DNA of 64,000 nt from an uncultured Dehalococcoidales bacterium. GTDB lineage: Bacteria; Chloroflexota; Dehalococcoidia; Dehalococcoidales; E44-bin46. Location: positions 5,680 to 69,679 of the forward strand of contig CAYHAL010000002.1 of NCBI GenBank assembly GCA_964354655.1, read 5' to 3'. The stretch's first letter is position 1. Every line of letters starts with the position of its first letter. Under the pieces are notes generated by a model that had not been told where the DNA came from, did no database searches, and was given only the letters and a program-made list of their open reading frames with translations. A program made the position numbers and the translations under genes. This document shows positions 19,880 through 27,058 of the stretch, in pieces.

Positions 19880-20311
19880 CTACTTGACAGTCACCGTCAA
19901 ATTAAATGTCCACACTCCCTTTTCACCGCCCTCCCAAGGACGGCTATACTCCATGGATACCGTGCTTGTGCCCTTTTTCAGCGCTTTGAAGGTCCATACT
20001 TCTTGACCCGGGGCACCAACTAGAGGAGGTGTCTTACTTTCCGGCGTCACTAATTTGTGGTCTGTCTGCTGCAAAACGCTTTGGTCGCTAATCTGTGCCG
20101 TTTCTGACCATATGAAGCCTGTTGTCGGGTTAGAGCACAAGGTTACCGTCACTGTGCCACCGGCAGCGACTTCGACTTGCTTGCTGATGTGTTCCTGGGA
20201 AAAGTCATCGCAGGAAACCTCAACCGAGGCTTGCTTTGCCACTGGGGTACAGGCAAATAAGAAGAAGGAGAGGACACCAACTGCACATACTAAGATTAGC
20301 TTTGCTCTCAC
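19880..20311 (-). CDS. Chagasin-family (I42) cysteine-peptidase inhibitor, lipoprotein
   Basis: 143 aa. Signal peptide with lipobox LFAC and the chagasin signature NPTTGFIWS. Confidence 0.75.
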   Translation of the reverse strand: MRAKLILVCAVGVLSFFLFACTPVAKQASVEVSCDDFSQEHISKQVEVAAGGTVTVTLCSNPTTGFIWSETAQISDQSVLQQTDHKLVTPESKTPPLVGAPGQEVWTFKALKKGTSTVSMEYSRPWEGGEKGVWTFNLTVTVK

Positions 20312-20381
20312 TCTTGTACCTCCTTATCTTGAATTGCTAAACTCATAATCCTATATATTTATTAAGTACTAGTCAAATAAG

Positions 20382-20771
20382 TTACTGCATGACAAAACTC
20401 GTGGTCATATCGTTCACCTTGACTATATAAGTCTCGCCTGAAGTAAAATCGCTACCCAAGTTCACATTTTGCTCAAAGAAGCCATAAACCTGAGTACAGA
20501 TTGCCCCCTTTGGTCGTTGTGTAGCTACCTCAATATAAATGGTATTGCCTCTGCGCTCCGTAGTCAGTTGGCGAAAAGTAGTGCAACCATCGCTAAGACC
20601 CCCCTTGATATAGACGAAGACCTGCGGCGGATACGATTCAGCTATGTTTACCTTAACCTCGTGAATAGGCGCCAGACGAATTTCCAGCCCCTCAACCCTA
20701 ACACACGAACCCACTAGAAGACCTAATAGGCACAAAACTACAACCCCAAAATATAACTTAGCTTTAAGCAT
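20382..20771 (-). CDS. Hypothetical lipoprotein (129 aa)
   Basis: Signal peptide with LVGSC lipobox. Beta-rich mature part. No family recognised. Confidence 0.5.
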   Translation of the reverse strand: MLKAKLYFGVVVLCLLGLLVGSCVRVEGLEIRLAPIHEVKVNIAESYPPQVFVYIKGGLSDGCTTFRQLTTERRGNTIYIEVATQRPKGAICTQVYGFFEQNVNLGSDFTSGETYIVKVNDMTTSFVMQ

Positions 20772-20896
20772 CTCTTACTCCAGACAAACCTTCCCTGATT
20801 GCTACCCTAATACTATAACGAAAAGAAGACCAACTGGTTAGTGGATTATCAGGCAAATGCCATAGCACTATGATTTGCCTATTACTTCAAAGTCAA

Positions 20897-21130
20897 TTAT
20901 TTGCGTATGAAGTGCAAGATGGCATTAATGGTGAGGGTCAACCCTACACTCAGTAACAGAGTGGTAACGATGGGGAAGTAAAAAGAAACACCGCCCTTCT
21001 TAATGAGAATGTCGCCAGGCAGTTTGCCGATAAAAGGGACGTGCCCCCCAAAGATTAAGAACAACCCAGCCCCGATTAAAACAGCGCCTACGATAAGCAG
21101 TATTTTCCCGAACCCATCAAAACCTAGCAT
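20897..21130 (-). CDS. DUF2905 family small membrane protein
   Basis: 77 aa. GKLPGDILIKKGGVSFYFPIVT is the DUF2905 signature. Confidence 0.75.
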   Translation of the reverse strand: MLGFDGFGKILLIVGAVLIGAGLFLIFGGHVPFIGKLPGDILIKKGGVSFYFPIVTTLLLSVGLTLTINAILHFIRK

Positions 21131-21181
21131 AGCTAAATATTAACCCCATGGTTAGACAAATAAAGACCAAAAATTTATGTA

Positions 21182-21643
21182 TTACTTCTTTTTCCCCTGA
21201 ATATCGGGATAGGCTACTTTAAACCCCCATGACTGTACCTTTTTATCAGCCTGCTGCTCAATGAACCAACCCTCAAGAGCACTAGGCGCATGGAGCAAGG
21301 CGTGGGCAAATTCATGGGCAACAATCGACTCAACCCGCCTTTGACTAAAACGTTCGATTGCCGGGGATAGGTAGACCAAAACTCGCTGTTGGTTCTCTGC
21401 GTGTTGGCTGGTAGAGGCAGACACTCGGCAAGAAAATACCTGGCCAACGATTCCCGGAGCCGGAGCGAGGATGATTGATACCTTGTCTTTCAGGAATTTT
21501 AGCTCATCGGCAGACATCTTCTCCATGACTCGCTGTATGGCCTTCAGCGTTTTGGGTCTTCCCGCCGAGGCAAAAAAGCCAGTCTCAACAAAATTGTGAC
21601 TATTGTTTTCCATTCCATTTTGTGTAAGCAACCCTCTCCTCAC
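21182..21643 (-). CDS. Hypothetical protein with HExxH metallopeptidase-like motif
   Basis: 153 aa (start uncertain: GTG at 21643 or ATG at 21613). Contains AHEFAHALLH. Confidence 0.45.
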   Translation of the reverse strand: MRRGLLTQNGMENNSHNFVETGFFASAGRPKTLKAIQRVMEKMSADELKFLKDKVSIILAPAPGIVGQVFSCRVSASTSQHAENQQRVLVYLSPAIERFSQRRVESIVAHEFAHALLHAPSALEGWFIEQQADKKVQSWGFKVAYPDIQGKKK

Positions 21644-21701
21644 CCTGAATTGTAAAACTGACTTAACTAAGTGTCAAACACCTCGCCTCTCACGGCTTAT
21701 A

Positions 21702-21961
21702 GGTGAGATTATCTACCTCACCCCCTTAGATATTTATTAACCCACCCCCTTTATCCCCCTCCCTTATAAAGGGAGGGGGAAGAATTTGAAAGAGGGACTT
21801 CGTCCCTCTTTAACGCCCTATAGGATAGAGGCTTCGCCTCTCTTTGACTCTCCTTAAGAAGAGAGGGGAAGAGATTTTAAGAGAGGGGCTTCGCCCCTCT
21901 CTTACCCCCACTCCCCCTTCCCTTATTAAGGGAAGGGGGTCAGGGGGATAGGTTGCTAAAC
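21702..21961. repeat. Mosaic hairpin repeat element, copy C (forward orientation)
   Basis: Left end is TTATCTACCTCACCCCCTTAGATATTTATTAACCCACCCCCTTTATCCCCCTCCCTTATAAAGGGAGGGGG. Three internal hairpin units include AGAGGGAC-TTC-GTCCCTCT. Right end is CCCCCTTCCCTTATTAAGGGAAGGGGGTCAGGGGGATAGGTTGCTAAA. Confidence 0.9.
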
Positions 21962-22035
21962 AACCTCTTATAGGGTTTTATTTGCATTTGGTGGAAAACC
22001 AGTTGCAGCCCATTTTTTCAAAAGAGGAGGTAATT

Positions 22036-22254
22036 ATGTTTACTTTACTTCAAACATTGATAGTGTTATTGATTTGTAGCTCATGCTTAAATGGTTTTCT
22101 ATTCTACAGGAGAAAAATATTCCGTAAAAAGCTGGCGCAATTTGCTTTGGACATTACTAGAGCGAGAGCTACTTTACCTATCCAAGCTTATGACCACTGG
22201 TTATCTGAGAAAGTAAAAGAACTATGGACTGGAGACATCTTTGCGTCTGTCTGA
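22036..22254 (+). CDS. Small membrane protein (72 aa), hypothetical
   Basis: ATG at 22036 follows AAAGAGGAGG by 6 nt. The hydrophobic N-terminus MFTLLQTLIVLLICSSCLNGFLFY is followed by the basic stretch RRKIFRKK. Confidence 0.4.
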   Translation: MFTLLQTLIVLLICSSCLNGFLFYRRKIFRKKLAQFALDITRARATLPIQAYDHWLSEKVKELWTGDIFASV

Positions 22255-22420
22255 TTTCTATTTCTAGACTACATAATACCTTATATTCATCAGAGCCAGG
22301 CCCAAAATGCATTTTGGGAAATTCCAGACCTAGGATATCAGGGCACATGTTAGTGATATGTCCAAATTGTGAGCAAATTTTCAAAGCTGGGCAGGGTGTC
22401 GGCTTAGATATGTTTTCCAT
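22178..22420 (-). CDS. Small hypothetical ORF (80 aa), convergent with and overlapping the 72-aa ORF
   Basis: AAGGAG lies 7 nt upstream of the ATG. It overlaps the 3' 77 nt of the plus-strand ORF. It contains a perfect 18-bp palindrome (22300-22317), which argues against coding. Confidence 0.25.
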   Translation of the reverse strand: MENISKPTPCPALKICSQFGHITNMCPDILGLEFPKMHFGPGSDEYKVLCSLEIEIRQTQRCLQSIVLLLSQITSGHKLG

Positions 22421-22511
22421 ATTATTCTCCTTGCATCAATTTAAGGTTAAGTATAGGAGGTGTTGATAAAGGTGTCAACCAAATGCAAACAGAACCTCTT
22501 ATAGCTACGAC

Positions 22512-22539
22512 TTGACAAAGATGGCTCAGCCATTAAAAT
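22512..22539 (+). promoter_or_regulatory. Candidate promoter with palindromic operator upstream of the VOC gene
   Basis: TTGACA (22512-22517), 16-nt spacer, TAAAAT (22534-22539). The spacer holds the perfect palindrome ATGGCTcAGCCAT (22521-22533). Confidence 0.45.
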
Positions 22540-22579
22540 TGTGGCATCACCGACTTAAACAAAAAGGAGGACACAAAAC

Positions 22580-23569
22580 ATGGCACAGGTAAGTCCCGCC
22601 AAAATTAAGGCTAAAAGTATAACTCAGGTAGCTATTGCTGTTCGTGACGTGCCGAAGGTGGCTGAGAACTACTGGAATATCTTAGGCATTGGCCCGTGGG
22701 AGATTTATGACTGGGAGTATCCTTTAGTCCGTGACCGCCAATACTATGGTAAACCGGCTTTGGCCAGAGAAAGGATAGGCTTTGCTCAGGTAGGTGCGAC
22801 GCAGCTGGAGTTAATCCAACCTGTTGATGGGCCGTCCATCTATGGAGATTTTCTGGAGGAGCACGGAGAGGGAATCCACCACCTACAATTCAAAGTTGAA
22901 GACGTGGATGGGGTTGCCGAAATGCTGGCTAAACAAGGTTTCCCCGACATGCAGAGCGGACATTCCGGAGATACCGGAGCCTACCATTACATTGATTTTA
23001 AGCCCCTCCATACTATCTGGGAACTGGCTCGTGAGCCTAAAAAGAAGGTGGGTAAAGTTAGTCGCTATCCAGAATCAGCGGCGACCAGCCCAGCCAAGAT
23101 TAGGATCAAAAATATAGACCAGGTAGCTATCGTGGTTCGTGACGTGCCGAAGGTGGCTGAGAACCACTGGAATATCTTAGGCATTGGCCCATGGGAGATT
23201 TATGAAGTGAAACCACCAACGCTTTATGACCGAGCCTACCGGGGTAAAGCCGGTAACTTCACCTATTGGCTTGCCTTGACCATGGTAGGACCAGTACAAC
23301 TAGAGCTGGCTCAACCTATATCCGGGGGCAATGTCTATAGCGATTTTATGGCTGAACACGGCGAAGGACTCCACCACATTGCCTTCACCGTGGATGATAT
23401 TAACCAGACTACAAAGATAATGAACCAGGAAGGCTTCCCCACTCTGATGGGCGGGGGGTTCTCTGACGGTAGCTTCGCCTATTATGATACACGCCGACCG
23501 TTGAAGATTATCTTGGAAGCGTTTCAGGTGCCCAAGGCTATGCCACCATCTGCCACTCGCTATCCCTGA
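22580..23569 (+). CDS. Tandem VOC (glyoxalase/bleomycin-resistance/dioxygenase) domain protein
   Basis: 329 aa made of two homologous halves of about 165 aa. Each half carries H..E metal-ligand contexts (EEHGEGIHHLQF and AEHGEGLHHIAF). Confidence 0.8.
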   Translation: MAQVSPAKIKAKSITQVAIAVRDVPKVAENYWNILGIGPWEIYDWEYPLVRDRQYYGKPALARERIGFAQVGATQLELIQPVDGPSIYGDFLEEHGEGIHHLQFKVEDVDGVAEMLAKQGFPDMQSGHSGDTGAYHYIDFKPLHTIWELAREPKKKVGKVSRYPESAATSPAKIRIKNIDQVAIVVRDVPKVAENHWNILGIGPWEIYEVKPPTLYDRAYRGKAGNFTYWLALTMVGPVQLELAQPISGGNVYSDFMAEHGEGLHHIAFTVDDINQTTKIMNQEGFPTLMGGGFSDGSFAYYDTRRPLKIILEAFQVPKAMPPSATRYP

Positions 23570-23622
23570 ATTGGATGGTTATACACCAGACTTCGTGAGT
23601 CTATTTATTATATTTATTAGTT

Positions 23623-24564
23623 ATGTTAAAATTATATAAAACCGAGGCAGATGTGGTGAAACAGGACGTTGACAGTTTTCTAACCTATCTAACTGTAGAA
23701 AAGGGCTTCTCCGAAAATACAATCGCTGCCTATCGCAATGACCTCTATCAGTTAGCCAATTTTGTTGAGGAAGAAGCTGCCAAGGGTGGTGCTCCTGCTT
23801 CTTGGGCTAACTTCAACCGGCAAGGGATGCTAAGCTACCTGCTTAATCTTAAAGAGAGAAACTATGCGGCGACCACAGTAGCCCGTAAAATAGCGGCTGC
23901 TAGGTCATTCTTTGGCTTCATGGTGGCTGAAGGCAACATAAAAGACAACCCTTCACAGAATGTTGACTCGCCTAAAGTGGGGAGGGCACTGCCTAAACCT
24001 ATCTCAATTAGCCAGGTTCGCCGCTTGCTGGAACAGCCAACTAAGTTATCCACCCCAGAAGCCAAAAGAGATAAGGCAATGCTGGAATTATTATATGCCA
24101 GTGGCATGAGGGTAAGCGAGTTGGTATCTTTGAACCTAGGTGATATAGACCTAGACGGTGGCTTTGTCCGCTGCTTTGGTAAAGGGCATAAGGAGCGGCT
24201 TATCCCCATCTACCGACAAGCCGCTTTGGCAGTAGAAGAATATATCAAAGAAGCTCGCCCTCAACTGACCCGTAATGATGCTGAGCGGGCTTTGTTTCTT
24301 AATCGGCGTGGCGAGAGACTGACCAGGCAGGGACTTTGGCAAATACTAAAGGGTTATGCTAAAGCAGCCGAGCTAGATACAGAGGTTACCCCCCATACCC
24401 TGAGACATAGCTTTGCTACTCATATGCTGAGTGGTGGGGCTGACTTGAGGTCGGTCCAGGAATTATTGGGGCACGCTAACATCTCTACCACGCAAGTTTA
24501 TACCCACCTTACTACTGAACATATTCGTCGCACCTATGAGAAATCACACCCCAGGGCTAAGTAA
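23623..24564 (+). CDS. xerD: Tyrosine site-specific recombinase, XerD-like
   Basis: 313 aa. N-terminal SAM-like domain (EKGFSENTIAAYRNDL). Catalytic residues sit in ASGMRVSEL, HTLRHSFATHML and LLGHANISTTQVYTHL. Confidence 0.75.
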   Translation: MLKLYKTEADVVKQDVDSFLTYLTVEKGFSENTIAAYRNDLYQLANFVEEEAAKGGAPASWANFNRQGMLSYLLNLKERNYAATTVARKIAAARSFFGFMVAEGNIKDNPSQNVDSPKVGRALPKPISISQVRRLLEQPTKLSTPEAKRDKAMLELLYASGMRVSELVSLNLGDIDLDGGFVRCFGKGHKERLIPIYRQAALAVEEYIKEARPQLTRNDAERALFLNRRGERLTRQGLWQILKGYAKAAELDTEVTPHTLRHSFATHMLSGGADLRSVQELLGHANISTTQVYTHLTTEHIRRTYEKSHPRAK

Positions 24565-24577
24565 CTGGAGGTTCTAA

Positions 24578-24919
24578 ATGGGTAGTAAATCACGGCGCAA
24601 AAGAAAGCATCTGCAAAGCAAAAAAGGGAAACGAAAGCAAATCTCCACTTTAATGGCTAGGCAACAGCCAGCAGTGGCTCAAACCTATAAGCCTACTGCC
24701 CCGCCCAAGGTGGTCGCTCCCTCGGTAAAGGAACCAACCCCAACCGTGGCTCAAACCTATAAGCCTACTGCCCCTCCCAGGGTGGCTGCTCCCTCGGTAA
24801 AGGAACCAACCCCAACGGTAGCTCGCTACCCTCAAACATCTAATGAGCTGCGAAGAATTGGTATGCTAGCCGGGATATTACTGGTTACACTGGTAATTCT
24901 GGCTTTGGTTTTACACTAA
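24578..24919 (+). CDS. Basic, Pro-rich repeat protein with C-terminal TM anchor (hypothetical)
   Basis: 113 aa. Lys/Arg-rich N-terminus, two 24-aa repeats VAQTYKPTAPPKVVAPSVKEPTPT, and a C-terminal hydrophobic helix. Confidence 0.55.
   Translation: MGSKSRRKRKHLQSKKGKRKQISTLMARQQPAVAQTYKPTAPPKVVAPSVKEPTPTVAQTYKPTAPPRVAAPSVKEPTPTVARYPQTSNELRRIGMLAGILLVTLVILALVLH
24674..24817 (+). repeat. Intragenic tandem repeat, 2 x 72 nt
   Basis: Two consecutive 72-nt units with about 5 differences (by eye). Confidence 0.9.
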
Positions 24920-24935
24920 TCTTGACCAGGAGCGG

Positions 24936-25586
24936 ATGTCCACCATGGACTTCGAAGCAGTGCGAGCCGAGTTGATTAGCCACCTTAGGACTGAAATCAG
25001 AGATGAGCGGGTATTAGCCGCCATGGCTCGCATTCCCCGAGAATGCTTCGTGCCTCCAGAAGAGCAATACCTAGCCTATGAAGACAGACCATTGCCTATC
25101 GGCTATGACCAGACAATCTCACAGCCGTTCATTATTGCCATGATGACCGAGGCTTTAGCGCTTACCGGCAATGAAAAGGTGCTGGAGGTAGGGACAGGCA
25201 GTGGATATCAGGCTGCCATTCTAGCCGAATTAGCCCGAAAAGTGATTACCACCGAGCGCCTGACACCCCTGGCTGAATCGGCTAAGAAGGTATTGGATAG
25301 TCTGGGCTATACCAATGTTGAAGTCCACCTGGCTGAGGAGACCTTAGGCTGGCCAAAGGGGGCACCTTATAACGCTATAATGGTTACTGCTGGCGCCCCC
25401 AGGGTTCCGGCTGACCTCTTGGCTCAACTAGCCATTGGTGGACGAATGGTGATCCCAGTAGGCTCTCGCTATGTCCAAGAGCTATACAAAATCACCAAGC
25501 AGAGAAAGAAGACCATAGTCCAGAATCTGGGCGGCTGCCGCTTTGTCTCCCTCATCGGTAAGGATGCCTGGGAGGAGGAAGAATAA
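24936..25586 (+). CDS. pcm: Protein-L-isoaspartate O-methyltransferase
   Basis: 216 aa. Motifs: TISQPFIIAMMTEAL, SAM motif VLEVGTGSGYQAA, and PVG. Confidence 0.9.
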   Translation: MSTMDFEAVRAELISHLRTEIRDERVLAAMARIPRECFVPPEEQYLAYEDRPLPIGYDQTISQPFIIAMMTEALALTGNEKVLEVGTGSGYQAAILAELARKVITTERLTPLAESAKKVLDSLGYTNVEVHLAEETLGWPKGAPYNAIMVTAGAPRVPADLLAQLAIGGRMVIPVGSRYVQELYKITKQRKKTIVQNLGGCRFVSLIGKDAWEEEE

Positions 25587-25761
25587 AAACCCCCAAAGCC
25601 TTGCCTTGGTCAAGCGACTCGGTTTTATCTGGCTTATCTCCCTGTTCCGACGAAGAAGACGCACCTACTACCGCCGCTAACACTTCGTCATAAAGTTAAC
25701 TGCGAAGGGACCTGTCCGCTACAGAAGGCAGCTATTTCTACTCGAAGGCTTGTACTGGTTG

Positions 25762-25790
25762 TTGCAAACAGCGCCTCTTCTGTGTATAAT
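25762..25790 (+). promoter_or_regulatory. Candidate sigma70-type promoter for the zinc-ribbon/S21/RRM gene string
   Basis: TTGCAA (25762-25767), 17-nt spacer, TATAAT (25785-25790). Implies a leader of about 105 nt. Confidence 0.5.
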
Positions 25791-25855
25791 TAAAGGGTAG
25801 TTTTAGTTCAGGGCATTACATACTGTTTATATTACCTCAGGTTTACTCAAGTATT

Positions 25856-25901
25856 GGATGACCCGGACTCTAGCTAGAATTTTAAAGAGAGGAGGTCATC
25901 C
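25856..25901 (+). promoter_or_regulatory. Leader hairpin partly occluding the Shine-Dalgarno of the zinc-ribbon gene
   Basis: GGATGACC (25856-25863) is the exact reverse complement of GGTCATCC (25894-25901). The 3' arm overlaps GGAGG (25891-25895) and ends 1 nt before ATG at 25903. Confidence 0.35.
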
Positions 25902-25902
25902 G

Positions 25903-26208
25903 ATGAGTTTTCAAGACAAATCGCTCCAGTGTTCCGATTGTGGGGCTACCTTCACCTTCAGCGCTGAGGAGCAAGAGCTCTTCCAATCTAGGGGCTATAC
26001 TAATGAGCCCAAGCGCTGCCCTTCATGCCGCCAGGCAAGAAAGTCAGAACGATACGGAAGTGGCAGCTACGGCCGCAGTACCCAACGCCAAATGTTTCCT
26101 GCAGTATGTGCTGAGTGCGGCAAAGATACCGAAGTACCCTTTGAACCTCGCGGTGATAAGCCGGTTTACTGTAGCGAGTGCTACCGTAAAGTAAGACCGA
26201 GTAGATAG
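25903..26208 (+). CDS. Double CxxC zinc-ribbon protein
   Basis: The ORF track starts at 25858. ATG at 25903 follows GAGGAGG. Two CxxC...CxxC units (CSDC..CPSC and CAEC..CSEC) recur in the pattern of small zinc-binding proteins. Confidence 0.65.
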   Translation: MSFQDKSLQCSDCGATFTFSAEEQELFQSRGYTNEPKRCPSCRQARKSERYGSGSYGRSTQRQMFPAVCAECGKDTEVPFEPRGDKPVYCSECYRKVRPSR

Positions 26209-26228
26209 TGCTGTCTCTAATCTTAAGA

Positions 26229-26263
26229 GCATACATAGGCTCGGTTATCGAGCCTATGTATGC
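26229..26263 (+). terminator. Perfect 15-bp stem hairpin between the zinc-ribbon gene and rpsU
   Basis: GCATACATAGGCTCG-gttat-CGAGCCTATGTATGC. There is no U-tract, so it could be a terminator, an attenuator or a processing/stability element. Confidence 0.4.
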
Positions 26264-26288
26264 TCCAGCTAGAATGGGTTGGTGTGTC

Positions 26289-26483
26289 GTGTCATTAGAA
26301 GTTTCGATACATGAAGGTGAATCTCAGGATTCTTTGTTGCGGCGCTTTCAAAGGATGGTACAGGTGAGTGGAATCATGCGAGAAGCGAAGGCTCATTGTC
26401 GGTTCATGTCCAAGAGAGACGCTGCTCGTATAAAGGCCAAGAATAGCGCCCGAAGAAGACGAAAACAGCTGACAAGCAACTGA
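26289..26483 (+). CDS. rpsU: 30S ribosomal protein S21
   Basis: VSLEVSIHEGESQDSLLRRFQRMV...RRRRKQ matches the S21 pattern. The start is uncertain: GTG at 26289 is favoured and ATG at 26274 is possible. The ORF-track start at 26208 would run through the hairpin. Confidence 0.75.
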   Translation: MSLEVSIHEGESQDSLLRRFQRMVQVSGIMREAKAHCRFMSKRDAARIKAKNSARRRRKQLTSN

Positions 26484-26520
26484 TTAGTAATAGCCATAAC
26501 CTAATGAAAGGAGCATTAAT

Positions 26521-26823
26521 ATGAAGATATATGTTGGCAACTTATCTTATGACGTCACTGAGGAGGAATTACGCCAAGAATTCAAGGCTTTTGGAGAGGT
26601 TGAATCGGTAAATGTCATAACCGACAAGTATAGTGGACGGCCAAAAGGATTTGCGTTTGTCGAAATGCCCACGGTGTCTGAGGGGCAGGCCGCAATCACG
26701 GCTCTCAACGGGAAGACTCTAAAAGACCGGACGCTCACTGTAAATGCAGCACGGCCTCGCACTGACGACAGAGGTGGCGGGAGAGGCGGCGGGTTTGGCG
26801 GGGGAAGACAGAGAAGATATTAA
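26521..26823 (+). CDS. RRM-type RNA-binding protein with Gly/Arg-rich tail
   Basis: 100 aa. RNP-2 is IYVGNL, RNP-1 is KGFAFVEM, and the C-terminus is RGGGRGGGFGGGR. Confidence 0.9.
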   Translation: MKIYVGNLSYDVTEEELRQEFKAFGEVESVNVITDKYSGRPKGFAFVEMPTVSEGQAAITALNGKTLKDRTLTVNAARPRTDDRGGGRGGGFGGGRQRRY

Positions 26824-26994
26824 ACCTTTAGTCATAATCTATATGCCTAAGATGCACAACAATCAGCCACTTTGTGTATAAACCACATTTACCGCTGATT
26901 CTTAGCCTCGCCATAAAAGGGGATGTTAGCCCGACATTCCCTCCTCAAAACAAAGGAAGGCTAAATGGGTAGTTGATAGATATCCCTGTGTTAC

Positions 26995-27023
26995 TTGCTG
27001 TATCTGCAAACTATTATTATAAT
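26995..27023 (+). promoter_or_regulatory. Candidate promoter of the EF-G gene
   Basis: TTGCTG (26995-27000), 17-nt spacer, TATAAT (27018-27023). Confidence 0.4.
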
Positions 27024-27058
27024 ATCCCTGAAATAAACTAGAGGGAGTAGGTGATTAG

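Larger units (their letters stand above)
21962..22504. mobile_element. AT-rich insertion of about 0.5 kb bounded by a 12-nt direct repeat and about 20-bp imperfect inverted repeats (MITE/IS-remnant-like)
   Basis: Direct repeat AACCTCTTATAG at 21962-21973 and 22493-22504. Inverted repeats are TTTTATTTGCATTTGGTGGA (21976-21995) and TCAACCAAATGCAAACAGAA (22475-22494), matching 17/20. The interior is visibly AT-richer than its neighbours. No transposase is present. Confidence 0.45.

Noticed and set aside
22224-22466. 80-aa plus-strand ORF inside the AT-rich insertion
   Set aside because: It has no SD and is largely antisense to the minus-strand ORF, in a third overlapping frame. It is the least plausible of the three overlapping ORFs.
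22455-22470. AGGAGGTGTTGATAAAGG as a possible copy of the repeat-family terminus GGGGTGAGGTTGATAA. That would make 21702-22470 one large cargo-carrying element.
   Set aside because: Only GTTGATAA plus a G-rich context match. The preceding bases do not align. The evidence is too weak to merge repeat C with the AT-rich insertion.
23623-24564. XerD-like recombinase as a marker of an integrated mobile element
   Set aside because: The sequence looks like the housekeeping XerC/D type. The neighbours are core genes (pcm and the VOC protein). No flanking att-like repeats or phage/ICE genes are seen.
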